Origin: Trypanosoma brucei
Taxonomy: Eukaryota
DNA: 64,000 nt
Direction of reading: 5' to 3'
NCBI GenBank assembly: GCA_000002445.1
Contig: CH464491.1
Span: 4,704,001 to 4,768,000 of the forward strand
The translations under genes and the position numbers were made by a program. Position 1 is the stretch's first letter; every line of letters begins with the position of its first letter. A model generated the notes under the pieces. It was not told the origin of the DNA. It saw only the letters and a list, made by a program, of their open reading frames with translations, and made no database searches. This document shows positions 47,690-60,280 of the stretch, one piece after another.

Positions 47690-48600
47690 AACCAGAAAGA
47701 TGAATAAATAGAGCCTGCTCCAACTCCACACTATTGAGAATAGTAAAAAATCTCTCTTCATAATCCTATCCAATCATGCCCCTTCTCAAAACAAATCTCT
47801 TTCCAACAGCTTCTTCTTCAATTGCACTCCATATTAGCAGAGGCTTTGAAATACTTTGTTCAGACCACCATTCCTCACTTCCTTTTAGTAACTCCCCAAA
47901 TACATATTCAAACCTTTCAAATGCCCATACTCTGGCTATAAAACCATCACCACTAAGATAAGGTTTTCAACTAGGAGGTGATTTCAGTAAATGCGGTAGC
48001 TTCTTATCCTCCTCTTTTCTGTAACCAACATTAAAAACCAATAGCATCTCTGCACATGTCCTCTATCTGATCTGAGTTCATAATCAAATCCAACTGAGAT
48101 GCATAACATTCTGATGTTGTCATGAATATAATTGGAGAAATTTGTTTCTCAATAAATATATCCTCTTTACTAAATTTCTCTTCAAGTTTCTGCAGTATTT
48201 TGTATAAAATATTCCACAGCATTTTCATATTTGTCTCAGTCACTAACTGTAACGTCAGAACCATCAACACTTATTACAACATCCTCATCACTAGCATCCT
48301 GTCTTTCTAAAAATTCCATAACCAATCAAGACCTTTTAACATGGCTATACAAACCTCCCATTTCAACTGTAATAATTTCAACATGGCTTAGTTTGGCACT
48401 CAATATGAGCCTACACCATTGTTGGGTTGCATGAGTTTGAACTACGACCACAAATACTCTAGTATCTCAGGAACAGTTTCTGTTATATTTGTTGTTGTAT
48501 CCTCTTTAAGTGATACTGTGTCTAAGCATACTAAATGTGATAGTAAGGGTAAAGTTCTCAAGATGCAAAAATTTTATTCCCTAATTTGCTTTATAATTTT
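47690..48600 (-). repeat. Copy C of the ~0.95-kb VSG-upstream element
   Basis: 47760-48100 aligns with 43890-44230, and 48430-48560 aligns with 44520-44650. ORF 48031..48270 (-) keeps the ...FMTTSECYASQLDL... peptide. Confidence 0.7.
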
Positions 48601-49439
48601 GGGAAAGTTATAAGGAAAACTTGGAGATTTTTAGAAAAGAGATCAGTCAGGCAGATAAGGTTTGCAGTTGATTAAACAGTGTTTACGTATATGAAAAGTG
48701 TCATTTTATTGTTATGATGTATCTTTTTAAAAGAGTGTATGCTCCTTTGTTGAGTTTTTATTTCATTTCCTATCTATTTTTTTAAAATTAGCTCCACTGC
48801 ATTTGTTATGTCACACTTTACGTCATTGTCTGTTCACTTTCTTTCGAAATTCCCCTCAATAAATTGTTACGAGAATTACAGTAGCTGGTTTCAATATGTT
48901 CTCAGACATACCTAGAATGTTACAAATTTGTGGTGACAAATATCACAGTCAGTCGTTTTCATCATGATTCTCCCATCGCTGTACCTTTGTAAACCACTGG
49001 TGTTGCAGCTACTCTTTTTACAGCTACACCTATCTATTTCTGTGTTAATTGTGGAGTGCAAGCTTTCGGTATAATATTTTGTCTTGTACTGTGCCGGCAT
49101 ACATCTTGTCATTTCATTTCGTATTTTGCTTTCTTCCATTCATTATCACGACAGTATTTCTACGGATACCGTGGCGACTCCATTAATCCCGTCTGCTGTA
49201 CTCTGTATCTACATAATTAGAATATATCCGGTGTCATATTTGTGTATAATTGTGCGAATTTTCCACTTTCCATCTTTCGTTTTCGCTTTCTCTTTGTTCT
49301 TTCCTCTGTTTCGTTAAATAATATACTCCTTGCTCTCTATTCTTATGTTCATCGTCACACTCATTCACTCACCCTCATTGCAACCCTGACACTGTTTTAA
49401 GTTCTTCTACTTTGGCTACCCTTTTAGTCTTCAGAAACA

Positions 49440-49635
49440 CTCTTACTATTATATTAGTATATACACACTAACAACGCTCTTCCATTATTATTATTATCAT
49501 CATCATTATTATTATTATTACTGCTCTCATTATAATATTCGTACATATACACTTTCATAACACAGCCCTATCATTATCATCCTTATTATTATTACTGCAG
49601 TTACTATTACGACTATAACACTAATTAATACATAT
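49440..49635 (-). repeat. 70-bp repeat tract (- orientation), about 2 units
   Basis: TATATTAGTATATACACACTAACAACGCTCTTCCATTATTATTATTATCATCATCATTATTATTATTATTACTGCTCTCATTATAATATTCGTACATATACACTTTCATAACACAGCCCTATCATTATCATCC. Confidence 0.8.
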
Positions 49636-49851
49636 AAATTTTACAAAATAATCAAAATAATATAAATTAGAATATCACTTATTTTCCATACCATATCACC
49701 TTACTATTTTACACCAATAGTCCAGTTTCATACCAAATTTGTTTTTTTTTAATTCCTGAAAAAATTCAAATTCGCTCATTTTTCTTGGAAAGGGTATTAA
49801 AATGTATAAAATTTTAGAAATTTCAGCCAATTCTCTCATATTTAATAAAAT

Positions 49852-51324
49852 TTATAAAATTGAGCAAATATCCTTATAATGCTGTAATATTACTAAAATC
49901 ACAGATGAAGAAACCATCAAGGCGAATTTCTTGGTTGCTAGAATAGAGGAATCTTTGCATTCTTTTCCATCCCATTTGCAGCCATCTTTGCAGTCTGTTT
50001 GCGATTTCCCTTTGCACTTATCTGTTGTTGTTCCTGTAGCTTCATCGCCTGTTCCTGCTTCTGGGGTATCTGATCCCTGTTTAGCTTTGCATTCCCCTTT
50101 GGTCTCATTCTCACCTTCCCATTTGCATTTTCCTGCATTTTCGCATTCGGTTTTGTTGTTTTTGTGTTGTTTACAGTCTGTTATTTGCTGATTTTTAGTT
50201 TCTGGTTCCTTTGATGGTGTGCCTGCTGGTCGCTTTTTTGTAAGTAGAGCTCTCTTATGCAGTTGCTCTGCTGTCATTCTTAGCGTCGTCATGCCGTAGA
50301 GAACTGTCTTTTCTTCACGGATTGCCTGGTAGCGCAATAACAGTAAGTGTTGGGCGCCTTCGAGCTTCTTTACCCAAGGTATGTCGTGGATGCCATTTGG
50401 CCCCAGTCCTTTATACAGGATACAGCCACCGGCTCCGCCCCCATCGCGGGTGTTGCCGGCGTGGCCTTTGCCTAGCCTCATGCTGCTTAGGTCTGCCGCC
50501 TCTTCGTGCCGGCCTAGAAGCGCCTTGAAGTTTGTTATTGCCGCCGCTAGACGGTGGGCAGTCACTTGCTGCGTTGTGTTTATTTTGCATTTGCCTGTTA
50601 CCGTGGTTAGCGCCGCCGTCACACCGCTTTCCCTGGTGTATGTTATTATCTGGGTCGCACCCTCGCCTGCGCAGCCTTGGAAGCCGGCGTTGCTTGAGTC
50701 GTGAGAACAGAGGCAGAGTATATCGTTTGCTAGGCTTTTGCCTTGGCCTGTGTTGTCTGCCCCGTTGCCTCCGCAGCTTCTCGCCACCGTGCCAAATGTC
50801 TTTGTGTCGTCCGCTGGCGCAGCTCCGCCTTTGCCGCTCACCGCTCCTTGCAGCAGGTCTTGGATTTCCTTGTCCGTCGGTCCATTGACTTCGCCCTCTG
50901 TTAGTGCTTCTGCTGCTGCTACCGTTTGGTTGTTTAACGTCGCTGCTAGTTCTCTTTCCTCTGTGTCTGGTGGTTGTTTTATTACGCGGCCGAAAGCGCC
51001 GCTACTTTTGTCGTTTATTATCTTTTGCAGCCGCTGCCAAGTTTTTTTATTCTTTTGCCACTCTGGGGATTCACCTGTTGGTGCATCAGGTCTGTCAAAC
51101 TTTTGGTTGAAGAATGTATCGCTGGAGACAGACATATTTAGGGCGATTATAAATTCTTTTTGTTTTGTTATTTTGCTTCCAAGGGTCAACTTTGGTATTT
51201 TGTCTCTAGCTCTCGCTATACCTATCAGCTCGCACAGTGCGTTGAATTCTAATGCTACGTCATTGGCTGCTGGCTCAGCTGGACAGGTAGAAACTATCAG
51301 TGCCAGAAAAAGAAGCGCCAGCAT
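49852..51324 (-). CDS. Open VSG of 490 aa (A-type). The C-terminal hydrophobic tail is about 7 aa longer than the canonical GPI signal.
   Basis: ORF 49852..51324 (-) starts MLALLFLALIVSTCPAEPAANDVALEFNALCELIG and ends ...CKGKSQTDCKDGCKWDGKECKDSSILATKKFALMVSSSVILVILQHYKDICSIL*. Confidence 0.8.
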   Translation of the reverse strand: MLALLFLALIVSTCPAEPAANDVALEFNALCELIGIARARDKIPKLTLGSKITKQKEFIIALNMSVSSDTFFNQKFDRPDAPTGESPEWQKNKKTWQRLQKIINDKSSGAFGRVIKQPPDTEERELAATLNNQTVAAAEALTEGEVNGPTDKEIQDLLQGAVSGKGGAAPADDTKTFGTVARSCGGNGADNTGQGKSLANDILCLCSHDSSNAGFQGCAGEGATQIITYTRESGVTAALTTVTGKCKINTTQQVTAHRLAAAITNFKALLGRHEEAADLSSMRLGKGHAGNTRDGGGAGGCILYKGLGPNGIHDIPWVKKLEGAQHLLLLRYQAIREEKTVLYGMTTLRMTAEQLHKRALLTKKRPAGTPSKEPETKNQQITDCKQHKNNKTECENAGKCKWEGENETKGECKAKQGSDTPEAGTGDEATGTTTDKCKGKSQTDCKDGCKWDGKECKDSSILATKKFALMVSSSVILVILQHYKDICSIL

Positions 51325-52824
51325 GTCCTTCGTCCCGTAAAAGAATTAGCTCCAACCTATGTAAAATCTGCAATCAAACAGTACAAGTGTGTTGAAAATA
51401 GCGGTAAAGTTGCAAAAACTAAGCAAAAAGGAATGCACAACTAACTGACACTTCTTTTTGAAAATTAGTGATTATTAACCGTCTAAGTTGCATCTATCGT
51501 TGAGAAAGTGTAAAACTCACCTAAACCTAATTGGTGATTTTTCTGAAAACGAACGGATAGTTATTTCTCAATAATTTCGTATCAATGGTGATAAACAGAA
51601 GACTCAGTATAACATGTAAATTATTACTCTATTTCATTGTGTTTTTCATATGTTTATTTTTTGAAAAGATCTGTTTCACCACAGAAACTCATGGCCGCTA
51701 CCACAAGCTAAATTTTTTTAAAGGTTTCCAGTTTGAACTGCAAAAAGGATTTCTCTTCCTCTTTCCTTATATATTAGACCTGTCATTCATGGATACTGTG
51801 CGTTTCTGATGCGTTGCAACTCCTTTTCTGTGGTTGCACATTCGATAAAGGAATAATTCTGCCGCTTTTGTCATACGCGTGCTCTGTGGAATTTCCCACT
51901 GTCTTTGCGTTTTATTGTCGGTGTCTTCCTCCTCATACATGGAAATTGCTGTCGTGGCTCCACTCTTTTGCTTTGAAATTTCTTAATATGCTCCATCAAA
52001 GCCGCTTCACCGACAACTTTTATATGAAGTATCCGCTCCTTGAAATGGTTCACGGGGTTTCCATTAAGCAAGTAGGGGAAGCTTATCATAACAAACTTAC
52101 TGTAATTCATATAAAGTTATTTACCGGTTGATATATGCTCTACTTTAAGGGTATTCTGCTTTTTAATTTTTGCTGTTGCTCACAGTGATCCATTATATGT
52201 CATAGTTTTAATACCCTCCTCTTTATAATATTATATTTTTTCACACCAATGCTAGCATTTGTTACTATATCTTCTGAGAATAAGGTTTGGAAGTTATTTC
52301 AAGATTACACAATCCCTTCTTCCCCTTGCCCCTGATTATTTTTCGCAGCTCGATACTGGGATCCTCCAGGACATTAAAAAATGTAGTTACTACTATCTCC
52401 ACTGCTACAGCCTCCCCTTTTTGATTGAAATACAGCGCATCATTTAATCCTAGAAATGTGTTAATTTCGGCTGTAATGCAACGTCTTTCCACGTCTGCTT
52501 TCGTATCAATCTGTATTTTCTTATCTTCTTCTTTCACTGCTCCTGCGGAAAACGTAGCGACTCCATTTCGGCTGCAGACTATACTGTCACACCACCGCTG
52601 TGGCACCCAGCATTTGGTCAAGCAAGACAACACCTATCGTCATGTTTGTGTTTGTAATTGCGCACGTTCCATCTCTTTCCCTTTTTGTCTTTCTATCTCG
52701 TGTCCTTTGACAATATTCCCCTTCCTCTCCCTCAGCCTTACTCATTCACCTACTCCCATTGCAGCATCGAATTTTTTAAGTTCTTTTGTTTTTGTCTTCC
52801 CATTTAGTTTACCACATCATCACA

Positions 52825-52910
52825 CTCATATTCTGTTAGTATACGCACACTCACAGTACTCTCCTATTATTATTATTGTTATTTATTTTCATCTTCACTA
52901 TTAATATTAC
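52825..52910 (-). repeat. 70-bp repeat (- orientation)
   Basis: ATTCTGTTAGTATACGCACACTCACAGTACTCTCCTATTATTATTATTGTTATTTATTTTCATC. Confidence 0.7.
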
Positions 52911-53239
52911 AATCACTGTTTTAACTATAGTTTATGTTTAGAAAATTAACAAAATAAGCATAATAAACAAAAAAGTAAAATTTTCATACCCTATTATCAT
53001 ACTATACACGTAAGAGCTACTACCATACACTTTTTACAACAATTTCATATCTTTAAAATTTTAAACAATTTGAAAGAATTTGGCAAACAGTGTTTAGTAT
53101 ATCAAATTTTTAATATTTTATTATATTCTCTGAAATAGATAATTATATTATTTTTACTATTTTCATCACTTTCAGCGATAATCCTTAGAATTTTAGAATT
53201 TTAACATGCTATCAATCTTGTAACAGCAGCCACACTTAG

Positions 53240-54810
53240 AGCTAATATCTATTTGACGAGAATACTGTTATCCTTGCAACTTTCACTTTCTCATCTGAAA
53301 TTCTGCTCTTATTCACAAGTTGTCTGGTTTGGAAAGCTGCTGCACGCGGATTTGACAACGTTGTCTTCTTCCTTCTTTTCGTCACCTTTGCCTGATTTCT
53401 TCGCTGTGTCTTCTTTATTTGGGCCCTTATCTGAAGATTCCTTTTCAGTGCTTTTTTCTTGCTTCCTGTGGTAATTTATGCCTTAAAAATAGGCAAGTAT
53501 AACTTCTGCCTCTGGTTTTTTGTCTTCGTTTGCGTTTTGTTTTCCTAGGTTGTAATTTAGTTTTGTTGTTAGGGTTTTGAGGTAATTCGTTGCAAAGTCA
53601 GTTTTTCCTCTTCCATAAACATCTTTGATCTTCTCCCGCACCTGTCTGTCCCGCTGTGTTTCTGATATCGCTTCTATTTCCGTTCTGCTAAAAAGTATTT
53701 GCTGCGCTATTTGTCGCAAGTCGTCCAGCTCTGCTAATTCTTCCGTCTTCGTTGCTGTTAGCTCCAACTGCTTTTTTATTGTGTTTTTTAGGCCTGCACA
53801 TATTGCCCATTTTACTTGGTCAAGACCCGGCTGTGCAGCCTGCTCCGCCGTTGGGGCCGTGCTGCAGCTTATCTTGCCGTTTTCTACTGTGCCTATGTTT
53901 GTTGGTGTCAACGTCGAGTCTCTGGTGGCCGCGAAAGCGACGTCAGCACCGAGCCCATGTGTTCTGCCGCCGCCTCGCGCGTTGTTGTCATCGCAGTCCT
54001 TTCCTGATGCGTGGGTGTTGCCTATGTTGTTGTGCGTGCTCGCAGTCCCCCCAGCGAAGGCGGTGATTGTTAGCTCCGGCGGGTTAAAATATGTATCAGA
54101 AACTGCTTTGATCTGTAGTTTTGTTGGTGTCGGCTCTTCTTCTTCGTCTATCGCCTGGTTGTTGATTTTTGTCAGGTCGCAGGCTTGCGCTTCTACTGTC
54201 TGGTCCGCTTTAATTGTGAATTTTGCTGCTGTTTCTGAAAACGTACCGGTATTATCGTCTTTTGTGGCGCTTTTTTGCTCTGCACTTCAGTCGGATGTAT
54301 TTTGCGTGATATTAGCAGTGCTGTGGCCCTTGCTAACATCACGTTTGATGCTTTTGTCAGTGTTTCTTTCGCCATACAGCAGAACGGCTGGTTTCCTCCG
54401 CCCGGAGTTTCATGAGGAGTGATAGAACCGTCTTTGCGGCTCCTTTGATTGATTCCTGCTCTACTGCTGCCGCTAGCTGCCATTTGGTCGATTGTTTCTT
54501 TAATATGGCTGCTTTCTCTAACGCAGTGTCCAGTTTTTGGGTGAACGTTTTAGCTAATGCCAGTGCATACGCTGCCTCGTCACATACCGAGTTGATGCTG
54601 CTCGCGACTTTCATAACCTCGCCCGCGGCGTCCTGTGCTCCAATTGAAGTCGGCAGAATAGCAGTAAGAGCAGCTGTGAGGCGGCTGCTTTTGGTTTCTT
54701 TCATTGTTCGTATATTTGTCTTTGCTGTTTTGGTACCGCCTACCGGTGCGCTTTGGTGTTTTTCCTGTTGCTTTCTTGGTATAAGCATAAGGTGTTGTAA
54801 CACAACGCTA
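53240..54810 (-). pseudogene. VSG pseudogene with several frameshifts and a degenerate C-terminus
   Basis: ORFs 54357..54803 (-) and 53483..53911 (-) carry VSG N-domain text (...SINSVCDEAAYALALAK..., ...DQVKWAICAGLKNT...). The tail reads ...DEKVKVARITVFSSNRY. A 16-mer-like TGATATACTAAACAC lies downstream. Confidence 0.6.
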
Positions 54811-55489
54811 GGGAATTCACCAAAACAGGTACCCTTGGTCTGTTGTTTTGGCTGTACTGCTTTGTTACTTGAACCTATCGTATGTTCTGAAATTCCGAAT
54901 TTATATTCGTTTATAAAATTGTATTTTTTCTCGTTGCAAAGTTATTATATTACAATCACACGTGCGCGGTATAGTGTGTAGTCTGCTGTTTCCAACACCA
55001 AAACACAGTGCTATCTACAAAGCTACCTTTTATGCTTTTGCGCTGGTTGTAATGGATGCAAGTTTACTTCTTGAGCCCATCCTATGCCTGTTTTGCCTCC
55101 ATGTCAGTTTATAATTTGCGGTTCAGGGTTTATAGTGCTTGAATTTAATGGAAGGTCAGTATTACCCCTCTAAAAATTAGGTTGCTTACCAGTTTCACCG
55201 TGTCTCTTATTCATTTTGTTGTAAACAAGGCTGTATAGTCTGCTAGTTGTGCTTCTTCGTGCCTCTCCACCTTTTCGCTTCACCGTTGTTGCTAGTCTAG
55301 CCTCAAATTCAGCTCAAACATTACTTTGTATCTGCATCTTTGATGACTTTATTTTGCCGTTAATACTAAGGAAGAGATATAGTTTGCTTCAAAACTACTT
55401 CTAATAATACGAGGCTCATCAAATTAAATCTAAACTCTTTTTAATCCTACACTTGTCCGGTCATCACCCTTATCGAGGTACTGCCGTTA

Positions 55490-55570
55490 CTAACGATACA
55501 CACACTCACAACACTCTCCTATTATCATTATCACTATTATTACTATTATATCAGTAACTAATATTCAAGA
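55490..55570 (-). repeat. 70-bp repeat (- orientation)
   Basis: CACACACTCACAACACTCTCCTATTATCATTATCACTATTATTACTATTATATCAG. Confidence 0.75.
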
Positions 55571-55799
55571 AAAGAAAATAGATAAAACAAAGAATAAATA
55601 AAGAAAATTTCCCTATCACCTCAGCACTTTTCACACAGGCAATATTCAAACTAAGTTTTTATGTTTTTAATTTTTTCAAAATTTGCATACTTTGCAAAAA
55701 AAATTACAAAAGTGTTATAGTATTAGAAAAATATCTTAAACCAGCGATATTTACAAAGTTTCTTAAATTAAGAAATATCGTTGAAACGCCATCAAACTC

Positions 55800-56900
55800 A
55801 AAATAGAAGCAGCCATCAGAGAAAATTTCTTATTTACAAGGAAATGTAAGTATTTTCACACTTTTCCCTCCCACTTACAATCCGGAGATTTACAATCTTT
55901 TTCTTCTTTCCCCTTGCATTTCTCTGTTGATGTTCCTGTCGCTCCATCTTGTGTTTCTGCTGTGTTTGTCTGATTTGTAATTTTACATTTCTTCTACCTT
56001 GCACTACCCTTTGTCCTTAGCCCTTTATTATTTGCATGAACTATTACACTCTTTTTTTCTTTTCAGCCGCAAGATGCCTGTGTTTGTACGAGTGTCTTGC
56101 TCTCCGTTTCCCCTTCTTTGTTGCTGGAGTGCGGCAAATTTAGAAAATTGTAGGGCACCCAAGCCAAGTTTTCCAGCGTATGAAGCCGCTGTATTTGGAC
56201 TTTTAGCTGTGCATGCTTTGCTGTTGCATCCCTGATCTTTTTCAATCCCTATTATGAGCTGCTTTATCCATGGGATAGAATCTACACTTGTCGCTTGGTA
56301 GCTGGTCGTATAGTCTATGTAGACTGCGGCTGCTGATCAGCCCTGGTAGTTACTTTGAGCGCCGCCACCAGCGTTTAGCAGTGTTTTGCTGGAGCCCGTT
56401 CCTCTGCTTATGATTTCGATCGCGCTGCATACTGCGGCTACTAGAGTTTTTGTTGTTGCTGTGGTACTTGTGGTTCGCGTGTCGCAGGCTGTTTTGATTG
56501 GGACCCAGTCTGTATTTCCGTTGCAGGCTTTTTTCTTCTGTTGAGAATTCGCTCAATTTTATGGCGAACTACTGTTTTTGTTGGAAATTGGTTGGTGTAG
56601 CGTATAGTTTGCCACTTTATAAATCTATTGCTTTGTTTTTTTAGATTTTTCGAGTCTTCCACTTTCGTGTGCCTGTTCGAATTGCCACACTGTTGTGTTG
56701 TCATAGCACTTGGAAGCGTTACTATCCATGGATGTTCTGTTTCTGTCGTATTTTTTCCACTTCAGCCGCTGGTAGATGGTCCGTTTCTTTTATTCCCAAC
56801 CGTGCTACATTATAGGCACTGAAATACACAGTAAAAGCTTCTGCACCGTTCTGTGCTCCTTCCGCAATCGATGTAATAACTGCATTATAAAGAAAAGCTT
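55800..56900 (-). pseudogene. VSG 3' portion. Only the degenerate C-terminal two-thirds remain.
   Basis: The - frames read ...DSIPWIKQLIIGIEKDQGCNSKACTAKSPNTAASYAGKLGLGALQFSKFAALQQQ... and end ...TEKCKGKEEKDCKSPDCKWEGKV*KYLHFLVNKKFSLMAASILSL. I found no N-domain above about 56900. Confidence 0.55.
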
Positions 56901-57519
56901 AAAAATTACTGGTTGCGTATTTTTTCTATTTGTTTACCTTCTCTTTGTAGGGATTGCTTAAGGTCACGAATATCTGTTACATATATTATTAATATAGAAT
57001 TATAGTTACGTTCCGAGGAGGAGTTTGCGTCAGGTTAAGTTATTGTTCACGGAAAATCAATAACTTGCTTTTTGGAGGACTTCGATCTTTGCATGTACCT
57101 TATTTAAACCCTTTGACCCTTGTAAAGCGGTACCTTTGTTGACTGCCTTCCACCAACCATTGTTCTATCAAAATATAACTTCCCTTCCTTTGCTCCATAA
57201 GTTTTATTTGATGAAAAATGATCTCCAGTAAGTTATTTTTACACAGCAGGTGGACAAGCGATGATTTTAACACCTGATCTCGTTGGCCTGTCTCTGCACT
57301 CTCCCTTCAAAGGAGTAGTTAAAAAAGACTTGGTATCATATACAAAAAAGAAAATTGAAAACCATTGTTTCACCTCTGGTCCAAATTCTGCCCCACAAAA
57401 AAAACAAAATCATAAGTCAAGTATTCCTCTCAATTTATTCGATATAATATTATAAAAGGTCCATAACTGACACATTTTATAATTGCCACATACGAACTCA
57501 TAAAAAACTCATAGAATTG

Positions 57520-57640
57520 TTACTATTATAAAACTCATTACTATTATTATAATATTAGTAAATACACACACTGACAATACACCCCTATCATTATCATTAT
57601 TATTATTACAATTATTATTATAACCATTATAACCTTATCC
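57520..57640 (-). repeat. 70-bp repeat (- orientation)
   Basis: CTATTATTATAATATTAGTAAATACACACACTGACAATACACCCCTATCATTATCATTATTATTATTACAATTATTATTATAACC. Confidence 0.8.
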
Positions 57641-57899
57641 ATATCCATAAAGTATGGCAAAGAAGCAAACTAGTTATATTTTTGTACTCTGTCACCTTAC
57701 TACTACACAACCATATACCAATTTAATACAAAAATAATAGATTTTTGATTTCTTACTTTTGTAAATGTTCCAAATAAAGTGTTAATATTTATCAAATACA
57801 TCACATTTCAGCAACATTCAGCTGAAATTATATCAAAGAAAAAGATTCATAAATTTTCATAAAATTCAGAAAAACTCTTTAAAATAGTAAAATAATAAT

Positions 57900-58500
57900 A
57901 TTATGCCAAACTCACAAGAGCAGCATCAAGCAGAAAAATGTTTTACTTGCAAGGAAACTGCCATTTCTGCGCTTCTCTATATCATTTTCCTCTTAACCAA
58001 CTTTGTTTTTACTACAGCCACAAACAGGTCTAGATTTGCCCTTGTTTTCTTTCTCACAGGCTTGTTGTGTAGTATGATTAAAGCAGTAAGTTTTCCCATC
58101 TTGATTTTCTTCTTCTTCCTGTTTTGGTATGTATGTCGGATTCACTACGCACTTTTTCTCTCCGTTTTCTGTAATTTTTTTGCAGCCGTCTGTGCAGTTA
58201 TATCCAACTCTTTTTCCAGCACAAACGTTTGGTGTTGGTTTCTCACTTTTTATTGGGGGCTCTTCCGCCATGTTGTCGGTGTTCGGTACTTTGTTGCCTG
58301 GGCTCAGTTCCCCAGCAAGTGCTGCCGAATAAATTACTTTTGTTTCCCCCAGTGCCGCTTGTATCTGCTTTGCAGCAGCTTGGGCGGATGCTGCTGCCGC
58401 CGTTTGCTTTTCGATGCCAAGTGCAGCAGCCTCTAGGTTGTTCACCCACGGGATGTCATGCCAGGTTTTTGACCCGTCTTTGGCGTTGAACTCGTGCTAA
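57900..58500 (-). pseudogene. VSG 3' fragment of about 190 codons from the IPW motif to the GPI signal, with its own 3'UTR. The upstream part is replaced by ingi sequence.
   Basis: - strand: HEFNAKDGSKTWHDIPWVNNLEAAALGIEKQTAAAASAQ...CAGKRVGYNCTDGCKKITENGEKKCVVN...CFNHTTQQACEKENKGKSRPVCG. The frameshifted tail reads NGSFLASKTFFCLMLLL. A 16-mer-like element is near 57790-57810. Confidence 0.7.
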
Positions 58501-58812
58501 TCTCTTTCCTTGAGATAGCCCGGCGCAGTTCCACTGTATCCCGCGCAACGACGGGCCGGGATTCTCTTCCACATCACCGGACAGCAGCATCTTAGTGCGG
58601 ATGATACTGCTGATGGCACACTGGCACGTTCCCAGGGACAGACAAATGAAAAACGGTGTCCCAGCAAGACGCTGCTGATCCCTGTGCTGTATGATGCCGT
58701 AGCCGGAGCACAGCAGTGTTCCCCATGAAAGGAACGCTGCTGGCTCTTGGCTTCCCCCGATGATACGGGGTACTGGACCCTGGCACCACGATGAGGTGGC
58801 CGGCATCGCCAG
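58501..58812 (-). mobile_element. ingi 5' terminal fragment of 312 bp. The 5' end is intact and the 3' end is truncated.
   Basis: It is about 95% identical to 35013-35326 of the full ingi, with the same CCCTGG terminus at 58812. It encodes MPATSSWCQGPVPRIIGGS...SGDVEENPGPSLRGIQWNCAGLSQG. Confidence 0.85.
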
Positions 58813-60280
58813 GGCCTTCAATGTAAGTAATCCATCTGCAAACTGCTTTTTCACCTTTTGGTATATCGCTTTTTGCTGCAGCGCATGCATCAGGGGTTTG
58901 GGCGGCAGAGCACTTATCTTTTTATCCCTCGTTTGTTTTCTCTCCTGTTTCTGTGGTTTCTGTCTCTGGTTTGGGTTTGCAGTATTCTCCTGTTGTCTCT
59001 GTAGTGATGTCCCATTTGCAGTCGTTTTTGGGGCAGGTACTGTTTGTGGTGTATTGCTTGCAGTCTCCTTTTGATACTTTTCCTTCCGTTGCTTCACCAG
59101 CAGCGGCTGTTTTCGCTGTTTTCTGAAACTGGAAGAGGTAATGAGCGCGTTTGGTTACCGCTTTTGCCCTTGATATCAGGTCGGCAATTGCTGCTTTTTT
59201 GCGTCGCTGTTCGCTGTTGTAGTTGTCGCGCGCGGCGAGTTTGTCTGCGACGGCTTCTAGCTTGTTTATCCATGGTATGGCGTCGTCTTTTAGGTTTCCT
59301 GATGGTGCCCCGCCAGTGATTTTGACGCAGGCACCGGCTGCATTGCCGTTGCAAGTGTTTTCGCCCTCTGAGCCTATGAAAACATTGTTGCCTTGTGTGT
59401 TCGCTATTGTTTTTGCTGCGGCGACGAGTTCCCTTAATCCATGTGCTGTTATCTTTGTTTTGGTTGCTTTCGGGCAGACGTTGCGTAGGTTGCCCCAGCT
59501 TGCTCTGTTCGGTATGTTGGTCGCTTGCCATGCCGTTTGCGTTGTCTGTTTTTTGTGGCAAGGCTTCTTCGACTGTGTGTTGCCGGTTCCGCAGACGCAG
59601 ATTATTGTACCGGCTACTGTGTTTTGAGGTTTCTGTGTTCCTCCTCCTCCGCAGGCTGTCGTGTAACCTGTGTCTGGGCCGCTTAAAACTTTGTTCGCTG
59701 TGAGCTCTTCTGGTCCCCATTGCTCTTGGCCGTATACGGCTTGTGCTATTTCTTTCTGTAGCAGCTCGTCGGCGTCAGGTGCCGGCCCTGGGTCGCTGTC
59801 GGCCGTGTAGATGGCGCGCGCCGCTTCGGTAATGTCGTGTATTGTGGGGCGTATCGCCTCGATCTGTCCTGCCGTTGCAGTGGCTAGGCCATAGTTGGCC
59901 TTTAGATCTTTTTCGTTGTTGTCGGTTGCTAGAAAGACCGCTGTGTCGGCCCACGTCTTCCAACGCGCCTTTAATTCCTCGTCGTTCTCGTCTGTCGGCA
60001 CTTCCGCTGGTGTGGAGGCCGCTTTGTTGCCTTGATTTAAGAATTTCGCTCGCCAGTCTTTCGGTGCTATTGACATGTTGAGTCTGTACAGGTCCAGCGG
60101 CTCCGGCATATTAGCTTGGATCGGAGGTTCGAAAGTGGGCTTGACGTCCGCCAGCTGTAGTGCCGCACATAAGGGCTTAAATATCGCCGCATTGTCGCCA
60201 TCGGTGACGCCGCGTGCTTGCTTAAGTGCCGCTATCGCTAAAATAACGCCGGGTGCAACTGCTGACATGGTTGCTTGCAT
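58813..60280 (-). pseudogene. VSG (B-type) open from the start for 452 codons, then fused to the ingi fragment at 58812. The distal C-domain and GPI signal are missing.
   Basis: ORF 58922..60280 (-) starts MQATMSAVAPGVILAIAALKQARG...PLCAALQLADVKPT... and runs to ...CKQYTTNSTCPKNDCKWDITTETTGEYCKPKPETETTETGEKTNEG*. VSG text continues in another frame (DKCSAAQTPDACAAAKSDIPKGEKAVCRW) up to the ingi junction. Confidence 0.8.
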
